64,000 nucleotides of DNA from Candidatus Nomurabacteria bacterium RIFCSPLOWO2_01_FULL_42_17 (GCA_001785985.1 MFVE01000008.1:8751-72750), one strand, 5' to 3'. Shown: positions 38,559 through 49,068, counted from the stretch's first letter. The notes: a model not told the origin generated them from the letters alone. Numbers and translations: made by a program.

Positions 38559-39977
38559 ATGGAAAAATCGGCTACTAAAGCAGTAAAAAACATCAGACCA
38601 AAAAATTTGCGCATTCCACCTCAGAGCATCGAATCAGAAATGGCAGTCTTGGGTTCTATCATGCTCCGCAAAGACGCCATGCACGAAGTAGAAGACATGA
38701 TCAGCCCAGAATCTTTTTATGTAGAAAAACATAAAATGATTTTTCAGGCCATGCTTGATCTGTCGAACAAGAACGAGCCGATAGATATGCTCTCGCTCTC
38801 GACAAAGCTCGGAGAACAAAAATTGCTCGATAATGTGGGCGGAAATGTTTATCTGGCCGAAATAGTCAACGTCGTCCCCTCCTCTACCAACGTCAAACAC
38901 TATGCCGATATCGTACAAAAAAAATATGTCCTGCGAAGTCTGATCGAAGCCGCCGACTATGTGTCGGAGCTCGCCTTTGAAGAAGGAGACGACCGCATGG
39001 ACGATATCTTGGACATGGCGGAAAAGAAAATTTTTAGCGTCGTCTCCAGCCCAAAAAATCAAAAATTCGTAAACCTAAAAGATGCGCTACCGGAAGCTTA
39101 TGAACGATTAGAAAAATTACATGAACACAAGGGCATGCTGCGCGGACTGCCGACTGGTTTTAAAGATTTAGATAACATATTATCCGGCCTACAAAAGTCT
39201 GATCTAGTGATTCTCGCCGCGCGGCCGAGTATGGGTAAGACTACTCTGGCACTAGACATCGCACGCATGACTTCTACGACTCACGAAAAATCCGTGGTGA
39301 TATTTTCTCTGGAAATGTCCTCCCAACAATTAGTGGACAGAATGCTCTCGGCCGAGAGTCGAGTAAATGCGTGGAACTTGCGTACAGGACGAATATCAGA
39401 TGAAAAAGGAGACTTTATTAAGCTTCAACATTCACTTGATAAACTCGCCAAAGCTAAAATTTATATTGACGACCAGCCAGGAAATTCAATAGTTCGAATG
39501 AAGGCTCTTTCGCGCCGATTGAAAGCAGAAAAAGGGCTTGACCTCATCGTCGTAGACTATCTGCAACTCATGTCTACTTCAAAAAATTATGATTCAATGG
39601 TGAATCAAGTGACAGAAATCAGTAGATCGTTGAAAGGCTTGGCAAAAGAACTCGACGTGCCGGTTCTCGCACTCTCCCAGCTTTCTCGTGCGGTGGAATC
39701 TCGCGGTGGTAAACCTCGCCTTTCTGATCTTCGTGATTCGGGATCTATTGAGCAAGACGCAGATGTCGTAATGTTCCTACATCGAGATGATAAAGGAAAA
39801 GACGAATCAGAAAAAACAAATATCGTTGAAATTTTGATTGAAAAACACCGAAATGGCCCGATTGGGAAAATAGAACTCTATTTCGATGAAAAAACCACTA
39901 CCTTCCAAAGCCTAGAAAAGAGCAGCCTAAGTGAATTCGCTCCGTCAAAGGTAAAGGGAGATTTGGATGCGTTTTAA
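38559..39977 (+). CDS. dnaB: Replicative DNA helicase
   Basis: AARPSMGKT, SLEM, DYLQLM, LSQLSR, DSGSIEQDAD. Confidence 0.97.
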   Translation: MEKSATKAVKNIRPKNLRIPPQSIESEMAVLGSIMLRKDAMHEVEDMISPESFYVEKHKMIFQAMLDLSNKNEPIDMLSLSTKLGEQKLLDNVGGNVYLAEIVNVVPSSTNVKHYADIVQKKYVLRSLIEAADYVSELAFEEGDDRMDDILDMAEKKIFSVVSSPKNQKFVNLKDALPEAYERLEKLHEHKGMLRGLPTGFKDLDNILSGLQKSDLVILAARPSMGKTTLALDIARMTSTTHEKSVVIFSLEMSSQQLVDRMLSAESRVNAWNLRTGRISDEKGDFIKLQHSLDKLAKAKIYIDDQPGNSIVRMKALSRRLKAEKGLDLIVVDYLQLMSTSKNYDSMVNQVTEISRSLKGLAKELDVPVLALSQLSRAVESRGGKPRLSDLRDSGSIEQDADVVMFLHRDDKGKDESEKTNIVEILIEKHRNGPIGKIELYFDEKTTTFQSLEKSSLSEFAPSKVKGDLDAF

Positions 39978-39983
39978 TCAGCT

Positions 39984-40595
39984 ATGGATATCATAGACAA
40001 ATTATCAGAAATTTTTAAAGAATTTCCCGGCATTGGAGAGAGGCAAGCTAGACGCTTTGTCTATTTTTTGATGTACAAGAATCCCGCATATGCGGAAAAC
40101 TTATGTTCCCTGATCGCTGACTTGAAAAAAGAAGTAGCGCAATGCAGAGAGTGCTTTAGATTTTTTATTTTAAATAAAAGTAAAGAAAGATTGTGCGATG
40201 TTTGCGCGAATCCAAACGTCGACTCTTCCACCTTGATGGTGATCGAAAAAGATTCTGATTTAGAAAGTGTGAAGAAAAGTAGAGTCTACAATGGCAAGTA
40301 TTTTATTCTGGGTGGACTCGTTCCTATCGTTGAAAAAACCACAAAGAGCAGAATTAGAATCGAAGAATTAAAAAACAAAATATCCAAAGGCAAAGATTTA
40401 AAAGAGATAATTCTAGCATTTTCCTTGAGTCCCCAGGGAGACCATACCGATTCTTATGTCCGAGAACAAATAAAAGATACAGCAGAAAAATCTGGAATCA
40501 AGGTTTCCTCTCTCGGCAAAGGCCTCTCCACCGGCACCGAACTCGAATACTCCGATAACGATACCCTCAAAAATGCGCTAAAAAATAGACAATAA
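39984..40595 (+). CDS. recR: Recombination mediator RecR
   Basis: PGIGERQARR, CREC..CDVC, Toprim domain. Confidence 0.93.
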   Translation: MDIIDKLSEIFKEFPGIGERQARRFVYFLMYKNPAYAENLCSLIADLKKEVAQCRECFRFFILNKSKERLCDVCANPNVDSSTLMVIEKDSDLESVKKSRVYNGKYFILGGLVPIVEKTTKSRIRIEELKNKISKGKDLKEIILAFSLSPQGDHTDSYVREQIKDTAEKSGIKVSSLGKGLSTGTELEYSDNDTLKNALKNRQ

Positions 40596-40619
40596 TAATC
40601 CCGCATCGGCGGGATTATT
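40594..40619. terminator. Bidirectional terminator, recR/rplU
   Basis: AATAATCCCGC-ATCG-GCGGGATTATT between convergent genes. Confidence 0.7.
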
Positions 40620-40953
40620 TTATAGAAGTAATTTTCACTTTAAAAAATGGCTGGCGGTGGCCGTTCCTGCGTAAGTAACGAGATTTTTGTTTGTATTTTA
40701 CGACGAGGATTTTTCGAGCGCGGCCGATTTCTACAATTTCCGCATTTACTTTTGCGCCAGTGATATATGGAGTGCCGATAGTAGTATTTTTGCCATCATC
40801 AACGAGCAAAACCTTGTCAAAAGAAATTAGTTCCCCCTTTTTGTAATCGCCAGACTTGCCGCCCTTTATTTTCTCAATAGAAACAAGGCCTCCCTCGGAG
40901 ACTTTGTATTGCTTGCCGCCTGTTTGTATAACTGCAAATTCCTCTGTATTCAT
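40615..40953 (-). CDS. rplU: 50S ribosomal protein L21
   Basis: AVIQTGGKQYKV, GHRQPF. Confidence 0.95.
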   Translation of the reverse strand: MNTEEFAVIQTGGKQYKVSEGGLVSIEKIKGGKSGDYKKGELISFDKVLLVDDGKNTTIGTPYITGAKVNAEIVEIGRARKILVVKYKQKSRYLRRNGHRQPFFKVKITSIK

Positions 40954-41049
40954 ATGGCTCATATTATATGAAATTTCATAAAAAGGCAAGCCCCGCCTCA
41001 TTGAAATTAAAAATTTGGCGGCGGGGCAAGTATTTGATATACTTACCCT

Positions 41050-42066
41050 ATGCAAACAAAAATTATTGAGAAGTATTTTTTCTTCGGTTTATTGCTCACG
41101 ACCTTTCTCTTTGCTTTTTTTATTTTCCGCCCTTTTTGGATAGTGCTGGTGCTTGGCATCTCTTTCTCGATCGTTCTCTATCCGGTATATGAATGGTTTC
41201 ATAAAAAGCGTCTGCCAAACTGGCTTTCTGCTCTTTTGACAGTTTTTCTTTTTATCATCGTACTTTGTGGTCCGCTTTTTACCATCGGCGCGGTGGTTTT
41301 CAAGCAAAGCCAGGACGTCTACCATACAGTAACGAGTAATGAAAGCACCGGGGCATTTTTGAACTCAATCGAAGAGAAAGTAAATAAAATATTGCCTTCC
41401 GGGATGACTTTTGATGTTGAGGAAAAAACAAAGGAATTTATCTCTTTCGTCTCAAACAATGTAGCCAGTATCTTTACTGCCACAGTCTCAGCATTTTTTT
41501 CATTTGTATTGGTCCTCTTAATTATGTTTTATATTCTCAAAGATGGAGCGCACTGGAGGAAAGCCATTATCGTACTCAGTCCGCTCGGAGACAAAGATGA
41601 TGAAAAAATAATCAATAAATTGGCGCAAGCGGTAAATGGCATAATCAAAGGATCTCTTTTTATAGCTCTGATTCAAGGCGTATTGCTCGGATTTGGGCTC
41701 TGGCTTTTCGGCATCAATAACGCGGCTCTATGGGGCGTGGTGGCGGCTATCACGTCTCTTATCCCCACTCTTGGAACTTCCCTTGTCTCAATTCCCGCAA
41801 TCGTTTTCCTTTTTGCCACTGGGAATACTCCTGCCGCTATCGGCCTTTTGATCTGGGCAGTGGTGATGGTGGGAATGATAGATAATCTCCTGGGTCCGCT
41901 GATCGTAGGCAAAAAAATACAAATCTCTTCCCTTTTGATTCTTTTCTCCGTGCTGGGAGGAATCTCGCTCTTGGGACCAGTCGGCGTCTTGGTCGGACCT
42001 TTGACCATAAGCTTGCTCTACACTCTGATCTCAATCTACACGAATGAATTTAAACAAAACACATGA
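41050..42066 (+). CDS. AI-2E family transporter
   Basis: Multi-TM, FYILKDG, IPTLG, IDN.L.P, LGG...G.VG...GP. Confidence 0.88.
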   Translation: MQTKIIEKYFFFGLLLTTFLFAFFIFRPFWIVLVLGISFSIVLYPVYEWFHKKRLPNWLSALLTVFLFIIVLCGPLFTIGAVVFKQSQDVYHTVTSNESTGAFLNSIEEKVNKILPSGMTFDVEEKTKEFISFVSNNVASIFTATVSAFFSFVLVLLIMFYILKDGAHWRKAIIVLSPLGDKDDEKIINKLAQAVNGIIKGSLFIALIQGVLLGFGLWLFGINNAALWGVVAAITSLIPTLGTSLVSIPAIVFLFATGNTPAAIGLLIWAVVMVGMIDNLLGPLIVGKKIQISSLLILFSVLGGISLLGPVGVLVGPLTISLLYTLISIYTNEFKQNT

Positions 42067-43517
42067 TTTCAGGTAAAAAAATAATATTGTATAACACTCT
42101 CTCGCGGACAAAAGAAAACTTCGCCCCTATTAATAAAAAGGAAGTTCGAATGTATACTTGCGGACCGACGGTGTATAACTATGCCCATATAGGAAACCTG
42201 AGGTCTTATGTCTTTTCTGATATTTTACAAAAAACTTTAGAGTATTCTGGATATAGAGTAAAACGTGTTATGAACATCACCGATATTGGGCACCTTTCCA
42301 GCGATGCTGACTCGGGAGAAGATAAAATGACAAAGGGACTTTTGCGTGAAGGTAAAACTCTTACGCTCAAAAATATGCGTGAGCTTGCAGAATTTTATAC
42401 AGAAAAATTCAAAGAAGATTTAAAAGCTTTGAATATTAAAATACCTACCGATCTATACTTCGCGAGTGATTATGTCAAAGAAGATATCGAACTCATCCAA
42501 AAATTAGAAAAAAAGAGTTACACATACCAAATTAGCGATGGGATTTATTTTGATATTTCTAAAATGCCGGATTATGGAATTCTGTGGGGAGGCAAAGGGA
42601 ATAAGGAAACCAAAAATGAATCGCAAACTAGAATTGGAGAAAATTCCGAAAAAAGAAACTCGGAAGATTTTGCTCTGTGGAAATTTGATAAGAAAATAGG
42701 TTTTGAGTCGCCTTGGGGTACAGGATTTCCCGGTTGGCATATTGAATGCTCGGCAATGGGTATAAAATTCTTGGGCGAACAATTTGATATTCATACGGGA
42801 GGAATTGATCATATTCCTGTACATCATACTAACGAAATCGCGCAATCAGAATGCGCAACCGGCAAAAAACCTTTCGTGAAATATTGGATACATCACGAAT
42901 TCTTAGACACGAGCAAGGGAGAGAAAATGGCAAAATCTGGCGAAAATTTTATTACTTTGCGCACCTTGACTGAAAAAGGAATGCACCCGATAACTTATAG
43001 ATTCTGGCTCTTGATGGGCCATTACCGCACTAAGCTAAACTTCGTCTGGGAGGCCCTGGAGGGCGCAGAAACGGCCCTAAAACGGCTTTATAATCTATAT
43101 AGTGAGCTCGGCCCCTCCTCCGCCAAGGCTTCGGCGGGCAAGGAAGATGTCGGCAAAGTAAATAAAGAATACCAAAATAAATTTAAAGAATTTATAGATG
43201 ATGATCTGGATACTCCGAGAGCTTTGACCGTCTTGTGGGATGTATTAAAAGATGAAAATATTTCCAATGCCGACAAAAAAGCGACCGTTTTGGATTTTGA
43301 TAAAGTACTGGGGCTAGGCTTCTCCACCCAAGGCGGACCAGCCTCGGGCTGGGAAAATGACCCTAACGCAGAAAAAATTTCTACATTAGTAGAAGAGCGC
43401 GAACAAGCTCGCCAAAATAAAGATTTCCAAAAATCCGACGAGCTCCGCAAAGAAATAAATTCTCTAGGTTATGAGGTAAAGGATACAACCGAGGGACAAA
43501 AGATTTCTAAGATTTAA
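42063..43517 (+). CDS. cysS: Cysteine-tRNA ligase with two palindromic inserts
   Basis: YTCGPTVY, HIGN, PGWHIEC, KMAKS. Confidence 0.96.
   Translation: MISGKKIILYNTLSRTKENFAPINKKEVRMYTCGPTVYNYAHIGNLRSYVFSDILQKTLEYSGYRVKRVMNITDIGHLSSDADSGEDKMTKGLLREGKTLTLKNMRELAEFYTEKFKEDLKALNIKIPTDLYFASDYVKEDIELIQKLEKKSYTYQISDGIYFDISKMPDYGILWGGKGNKETKNESQTRIGENSEKRNSEDFALWKFDKKIGFESPWGTGFPGWHIECSAMGIKFLGEQFDIHTGGIDHIPVHHTNEIAQSECATGKKPFVKYWIHHEFLDTSKGEKMAKSGENFITLRTLTEKGMHPITYRFWLLMGHYRTKLNFVWEALEGAETALKRLYNLYSELGPSSAKASAGKEDVGKVNKEYQNKFKEFIDDDLDTPRALTVLWDVLKDENISNADKKATVLDFDKVLGLGFSTQGGPASGWENDPNAEKISTLVEEREQARQNKDFQKSDELRKEINSLGYEVKDTTEGQKISKI
43113..43142 (+). repeat. Family B in-frame hairpin insert (30 nt)
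   Basis: CCCTCCTCCGCCAAGGCTTCGGCGGGCAAG = PSSAKASAGK; CCGCC/GGCGG stem. Confidence 0.65.
43323..43352 (+). repeat. Family C in-frame double hairpin (30 nt)
   Basis: TCCACC-CAA-GGCGGA + CCAGCC-TCG-GGCTGG = STQGGPASGW. Confidence 0.8.
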
Positions 43518-43849
43518 CCCAACTTCCCTCCTAATACCGCACCATCTTTGTCGGGCGTAATTAATATCACCTTTCCTTCTGCGTTAACCACGCCGAGCGT
43601 CAGAACTTCTGACTCAAAGGGTCCTACTTTTCTAACCGGAAAATTTACTACACCCAGAACAACCTTTCCCATCAAATCCTCTTTCGTGTACAAAGCAACG
43701 ATTTGAGAAAAAGAATTCTTAATTCCAATTTCAGGACCAAAATCTATTCTTAACTTATATCCAGGCTTTCTGGCTTCTGGATAATCATTTGCTTCGATTA
43801 TTTTCCCCACCCTAATATCTAATTTTTCAAAATCTTCTATTGTTGCCAT
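43514..43849 (-). CDS. csaA: tRNA-binding protein/chaperone CsaA
   Basis: DFEKLDIRVG, ARKP.YKL.IDFG, VVNF, SEVLTLG. Confidence 0.88.
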   Translation of the reverse strand: MATIEDFEKLDIRVGKIIEANDYPEARKPGYKLRIDFGPEIGIKNSFSQIVALYTKEDLMGKVVLGVVNFPVRKVGPFESEVLTLGVVNAEGKVILITPDKDGAVLGGKLG

Positions 43850-43858
43850 ATAATTTTA

Positions 43859-44437
43859 TTATACCTTAAAAATTTTCTTGCGATATATACAAAATACGAT
43901 AGCTATATTTATTAATATATTATATATACCAAAAGAATAGATAGTGAAGATCCAGTTTTTGATAATAAATAAGCCCAAGATGTTACCAAATATACCCGTT
44001 ATGTAGGTTACAGAGTTTTCTGTTTCTGGAAATTTCCATGACTTTATGAGCGTGGGTATTGCTGCTAGGCCATCGCTTAGGATTGCAAATACTATTGATA
44101 TGCCTAGATTGTGAGTTACTACATAGAGTATCAAGGACAGAAGAGCGAGTAACCCACAAATTATATCTAAAGTATTTAACTTCCAATAAGCATTTTTTTT
44201 AAAGAGAAAAAGAACGATGACAAGAAGAGGTCCAAAGCCAGCCATAAATACAGGCAACACAGAAAGACCTGCTCCAGCTTTTAGCTGTAGAAATACCGCA
44301 ATAAAAGGAGCCAACATCCAAAGAAACCAAGAAACTAAATTGGGTCGCGTATTCCCGTAAATAATACTCTTGAGATACCAAAATATACCTACAAGGCTTA
44401 CGAAAACTCCAATATAAATGATTTTTTCGGGAAGCAT
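43859..44437 (-). CDS. Multi-TM membrane protein
   Basis: TRPN..SW..W, PTLIKSW..P..E; about 7 TM segments. Confidence 0.75.
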   Translation of the reverse strand: MLPEKIIYIGVFVSLVGIFWYLKSIIYGNTRPNLVSWFLWMLAPFIAVFLQLKAGAGLSVLPVFMAGFGPLLVIVLFLFKKNAYWKLNTLDIICGLLALLSLILYVVTHNLGISIVFAILSDGLAAIPTLIKSWKFPETENSVTYITGIFGNILGLFIIKNWIFTIYSFGIYNILINIAIVFCIYRKKIFKV

Positions 44438-44440
44438 ATA

Positions 44441-45517
44441 TTATATGCCCTCTTTTTTTAGCTCTTCTATGAGTTTGCGAGATTCGCGAGAAAGTTTTCC
44501 GGGAAGTTTGATGTTGAGTTTGATCAAGAGATCTCCGCGTTTGTTTTTCCCGATGGGCACGCCCTTTCCTCGCACGCGCAGAATTTCATTTACAGATACG
44601 CCCTCCGGAATTGTAACTTTGATCTCACCATCTAGAGTTTGGATTGGATATTCTGTACCCAATAGCGCTTCAGAAAGCTTTAAATTCAAATTCATCGATA
44701 AATCATTGCCATCACGTTTGAAGACCGGGTGAGAAGCCACATTTATTTTTATATAAAGATCGCCAGTAGTACCCTTCGAAACGGCTTCGCCAAAACCCGT
44801 CATTCGAATCATTTCCCCATCTCGTATGCCAGCTGGAATAACAATGGAAACTTCTTCCTCACGACGGAGCACCCCTTTGCCTTTGCATGTCTCACAAATC
44901 TCTTTTGGCACTTCACCTGTACCTAAACAAACTTCACAGATTTTTGTACTCGCGATATTTCCAAAAATTGTTCTTTTTGATTCACGAATATGCCCTTGGC
45001 CATTGCAAGTCTTGCAAGTTTCCATCTTTGTTCCCGCTTTCGCTCCAGAGCCATGACAAGTAAGACAATTGGAAGTTTTGGTAATCAAAATTTTTCGATT
45101 AGTGCCGAAAATAGAATCAGAAAAAGAAATTTGAACTTCGGTCGAAATATCCCGCCCACGTCTCGCTTCCCTTCTACCTCCGCCGCCGCCAAAGAAATCA
45201 CTGAAAATGTCGTTCAAATTTCCAAAATCAAAATCCGCCCCTCCACCCCGCTCGAAACCAGAAAAATCGAAGCCTTCAAACCCAGACTGCGAGCCGCCAA
45301 AGCCTTGAGCGTCGGCGCTGCCGTATTGGTCGTATTTTGAACGCTTAGCATCATCAGAAAGCACTTGATATGCCTCATTCACTTGCTTGAATTTTGCCTC
45401 ATTCCCCTCTTTTTTATCAGGATGATATTTATGCGCGAGCTTGTAGAAGGCCTTTTTTATTTCGTCCTTGGATGCGCCCTTATTTACTCCCAATGTTTCG
45501 TAATAGTCTTTTGCCAT
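44441..45517 (-). CDS. dnaJ: Chaperone DnaJ
   Basis: J domain with HPD, G/F region, four CxxCxGxG repeats. Confidence 0.97.
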   Translation of the reverse strand: MAKDYYETLGVNKGASKDEIKKAFYKLAHKYHPDKKEGNEAKFKQVNEAYQVLSDDAKRSKYDQYGSADAQGFGGSQSGFEGFDFSGFERGGGADFDFGNLNDIFSDFFGGGGGRREARRGRDISTEVQISFSDSIFGTNRKILITKTSNCLTCHGSGAKAGTKMETCKTCNGQGHIRESKRTIFGNIASTKICEVCLGTGEVPKEICETCKGKGVLRREEEVSIVIPAGIRDGEMIRMTGFGEAVSKGTTGDLYIKINVASHPVFKRDGNDLSMNLNLKLSEALLGTEYPIQTLDGEIKVTIPEGVSVNEILRVRGKGVPIGKNKRGDLLIKLNIKLPGKLSRESRKLIEELKKEGI

Positions 45518-45524
45518 AAATTAT

Positions 45525-46994
45525 TTATATCATAGGCTCGGCTTCTTGTGAAGTTTTTTCTTTTTCGCCTTTCTCTTTTTCTTTTCTTTTCGCTCTGCCT
45601 TCGATGATCGCTTTTTCTTCAGCGCTACGAATGATCGTGGCCTCTTCTTCCGCGATCAGTTTGGCCGCATCGTCTTTTGGTATTGAATACTTTCGGCGCG
45701 AAGCATCAATAATTTCTTTCCTGAAAGATTTATGAGTCGCCGGCAAAACCCGGAGAGTTTCCGCTGAAAAAGGATCATATGATTCACCGTCGATCGTCAT
45801 TTTCACATAGATTTCGCCAACGGCGAGATTGATCATGTCTTTTACATCGAAAAGAGGCGCAAACTCTGGCTTTAATTTGACCGCATCTTCTCCACCGACG
45901 CGAAAAGTTATAACATTTCCCACATTTCCGAGCACTGCTTGATGCACCTTGGGCAAGATCTGGCCTACATACTGGTGCGCGATGGTCAGGTTTAGCCCGT
46001 ACTTGCGAGCTTCGGATAAAATATTTTCGAAAGTTTGAGTAACGACATTTTGAAACTCATCTACGTATAGATAAAAGTCTAGGCGATCTTTTTCCGGAAT
46101 AGCCGCGCGCTCCATTCCCGCCTGCTTTATTTTAGTCAAAAATATCGAACCGAGAAAAGAAGAATTTTCTTCGCCCAGACGGCCCTTGGAAAGATTGATG
46201 AAAATTATTTTCTGTTCATTCATCAATTTGCTGATATCTATCTTATTTTGTTTCTGGCCGAAAATGTTGCGTAAAAGCGGATCCGAGAGGAATTGCCCGA
46301 GCTTGTTTACTAGTGGAATGATAGCATCAGTATCAAACTTCTCGGACCAATCGGCAAATTCGATAGCGAAGAATCTTTTGACCATGTCATCCGTGATGTA
46401 TTCCACCACCTTCTGTCTGTAATTTCGGTCAGTCAGCATCGAGATCATCCCGCGCATCGTCGCGTGCGGATAATCGAGAAGCGCGAGACAAGTAAAACGG
46501 AAGACGTGCTCCAAGCGCGGCGTCCAATTTGCCCCGAATTGTTTCTGAAACACTTCGATGAGTCCCTGCGTCAGCTGAAACTTGAACATCGGGTCCACAT
46601 TCGCGAGCGGATTAAAAGATGCCGGGAAATCAATATCAGCTGGATCAATAATACACACGTCCTCCATTCTCTCTTTCGGCACATAGTCCAGCATTGCATC
46701 GATGACATCTCCATGCGGATCAATCAGGCAGAGACCATGCCCATAGGTCACATCTTGCCGAAGCATCAGTTCGAGCAGTTTCGTTTTGCCCACGCCGGAC
46801 TTGCCAATAATATAAAGATGGCGGCGGCGGTCCACCCGCTTGATGCCAAAGATAAATTTCTTTTCCTCTAAAGCGGCCACATAATTCGTCCGCCCAATGA
46901 AAGAAACATCTTCAGGTTTGACCTTGCCGAAGACCGGCAACTCTGGCGGCGGCGGTCCGTATTTGATTATTTGCACTCGATTCGGCTTTGGCAT
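45525..46994 (-). CDS. VirD4/TraG/HerA-like ATPase, paralog 1
   Basis: GKSGVGKT, IDPHGD, YVDEFQN, EARKY. Confidence 0.85.
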   Translation of the reverse strand: MPKPNRVQIIKYGPPPPELPVFGKVKPEDVSFIGRTNYVAALEEKKFIFGIKRVDRRRHLYIIGKSGVGKTKLLELMLRQDVTYGHGLCLIDPHGDVIDAMLDYVPKERMEDVCIIDPADIDFPASFNPLANVDPMFKFQLTQGLIEVFQKQFGANWTPRLEHVFRFTCLALLDYPHATMRGMISMLTDRNYRQKVVEYITDDMVKRFFAIEFADWSEKFDTDAIIPLVNKLGQFLSDPLLRNIFGQKQNKIDISKLMNEQKIIFINLSKGRLGEENSSFLGSIFLTKIKQAGMERAAIPEKDRLDFYLYVDEFQNVVTQTFENILSEARKYGLNLTIAHQYVGQILPKVHQAVLGNVGNVITFRVGGEDAVKLKPEFAPLFDVKDMINLAVGEIYVKMTIDGESYDPFSAETLRVLPATHKSFRKEIIDASRRKYSIPKDDAAKLIAEEEATIIRSAEEKAIIEGRAKRKEKEKGEKEKTSQEAEPMI

Positions 46995-47013
46995 AATTTA
47001 TTATTGTATCATA

Positions 47014-47092
47014 TTCCCCTCTTGAGGGGTGGCTTTAGCCGGGGTGGAAAATCCATCCACCTCCCCCTAAAGGGTACTCCTCAAGAGGAGAA
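47014..47092. repeat. REPIN-like nested palindrome (79 nt)
   Basis: Inverted ends TTCCCCTCTTGAGGGG / CTCCTCAAGAGGAGAA, each itself a hairpin; inner GGCTTTAGCC, CCCTAAAGGG and GGGGTGGA/TCCACCTC. Confidence 0.75.
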
Positions 47093-47093
47093 C

Positions 47094-48755
47094 TTAGTAC
47101 ACTTCTTGCTGATAACATTTCTCACAATAGACTATTTCTGGACGCTCGGGAGCATAATTTGTAGTTATTTCTTTTTTACATTTCACGCAATTACGATCCC
47201 AGAATTTATATGGACCGCGATGCGTAATGCGGTCTCGGTGGCGACAATAAAAACATTTTCGCGGTATCGGAAGGTTCATTTTTCGATAAAATAAAAGCTC
47301 TTGATTGATGATTTTATAATTACGATTGCAATCTATACACTTTAAAATTTCATCCGTGATAGAGTCTGACACATCTTTTATATGATCTGGAATATCCTCT
47401 GGTTTCATCGTTTCCTTCCCTTCTGTTTTTTGGATATCATCTTCCCATCTAAAACCAGTCTTTAGCACTTCCTCTTTTGTCATAGGCATATTGTCTTGCG
47501 CAATACTTTCGTTATAAGCAAAAGGTGCAAGCTCAGGTGGAATCATTAGCCCATATAAATCTTTTTGTTTTAATTCTTCAATTATTTTCGCTCGCAGTCT
47601 CTCATATTCTTCTTTTGAATACTGTTTATTTAAAATTGAATATTCGCCATGATGTAACGCGTCGCAACCGATGCAATTTTTACAATTTCTGACATAAAAT
47701 CCATATAAAATATCTGTAGAATTCTCTGCGCCATATGTGCCAATCACATTACTACATAGACCGGTGGCAACCACTTCAAGCATTCGTTCTGATTTAGTGC
47801 CATAGCCGATAGTGTCCATAGAATCCTTGACTCCTTTTGAGGAAAATATATATCTAGAATCTTCTGCATTGGTAGCTTCAAAAGAATCTTTAACATTTTT
47901 GCACTCAAATAAATAATCTCCAGTGGAATTGACTGTCTTAATATTATTATTTTCGCGCATTGGAAAATCTAGAATGAATTTTTGAAATTCTTTTTTGAAT
48001 TCTTCTATCTTTTCATAACTGCCCATGATTTCACCCACTTTTTTCTTATACTCTTCTGGCTGCATTGGGTGATTAAAAAAATAATACGATTTATTATTTA
48101 AATTCACACAACCGAAACAATTCATCAATCCTCGGCAATTTAAAACAAAAGCAGAATCCACTGAACCGGTGATATTTTGGCCAAAAAGTATGCCCGCAGA
48201 CTCTTGAACATTTATAGATTCATAACATCTTTCAAAACTGGTGCCAAAATACATATCAGATGAATCATTACCATGCCTGACTCCCCTTGAATAAAGTAAT
48301 TCTTCGGCCGGACTAGTATTAAAAACTAAATAGCAATTTCTACAGCCAGTAGACATATTTGTGTATTCACTATTCACGTTTGCTCCGGAACCCAGAGAAA
48401 TATATGTAGTAATTTTTGGCACTTTTTTGAGAAGCTCGCCGAACTGCTCTAAAAAAGATTTATTTTCATCATAGTCCATCGCGTAATTTTTCGGCTCCCA
48501 TTTTTCGGAGTAAAAACAATCGTAGCAATAAATAGTGTAGGGAGATTTTGGATTATACATAGAGATAATACCCTTCCCGCAAAGTCCGCACTGACGTCCA
48601 GAATAAAGAGTCGTCTCATTTCGAAACATCGCGCGCATTTTAAAACGGCACGGAGGGCAGACTTTTGGTGATGGCACCTTCATCTTTTCATAAAATCCAA
48701 GATCGTCCAAATCTAGAATAAAATCTTGCCTGCATTTTTTACAATTTTGCTGCAT
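47094..48755 (-). CDS. CPR-type large Cys-rich protein, paralog 1
   Basis: CKKC, KVP.P..CP.CR, Cys-rich repeat core, C-terminal YCEKCYQQEVY. Confidence 0.8.
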   Translation of the reverse strand: MQQNCKKCRQDFILDLDDLGFYEKMKVPSPKVCPPCRFKMRAMFRNETTLYSGRQCGLCGKGIISMYNPKSPYTIYCYDCFYSEKWEPKNYAMDYDENKSFLEQFGELLKKVPKITTYISLGSGANVNSEYTNMSTGCRNCYLVFNTSPAEELLYSRGVRHGNDSSDMYFGTSFERCYESINVQESAGILFGQNITGSVDSAFVLNCRGLMNCFGCVNLNNKSYYFFNHPMQPEEYKKKVGEIMGSYEKIEEFKKEFQKFILDFPMRENNNIKTVNSTGDYLFECKNVKDSFEATNAEDSRYIFSSKGVKDSMDTIGYGTKSERMLEVVATGLCSNVIGTYGAENSTDILYGFYVRNCKNCIGCDALHHGEYSILNKQYSKEEYERLRAKIIEELKQKDLYGLMIPPELAPFAYNESIAQDNMPMTKEEVLKTGFRWEDDIQKTEGKETMKPEDIPDHIKDVSDSITDEILKCIDCNRNYKIINQELLFYRKMNLPIPRKCFYCRHRDRITHRGPYKFWDRNCVKCKKEITTNYAPERPEIVYCEKCYQQEVY

Positions 48756-48765
48756 AGTTTTATAT

Positions 48766-49068
48766 TTATGCGCTAATATACTGATACTGATTCATAAATT
48801 TATAAGAAAAAGGTTCTGCGTATTTTTCCAAAATACGTCGCTCAAAAGCATCCAACTTATCGTAGCCAAGAATAAAATTTTTAATTACGCTCCATTCTTC
48901 GCGTCCGGCCGGTTTAATATCTTTAAAAGATAAAATGTTATTAACTATGCCCAGCGCGCGATTTTTTGCATTCTCCGCGGCCTGCACTTTATGTGAATCA
49001 AAAAAAGAAAAAAGTCTGCCTATTTCAGGATATAAGTTCGCCATATAAAAAAGAGAGTTCTTTTCCAT
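48766..49068 (-). CDS. Hypothetical helical protein
   Basis: 100-aa ORF in operon; ATG lies in the MITE end. Confidence 0.65.
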   Translation of the reverse strand: MEKNSLFYMANLYPEIGRLFSFFDSHKVQAAENAKNRALGIVNNILSFKDIKPAGREEWSVIKNFILGYDKLDAFERRILEKYAEPFSYKFMNQYQYISA

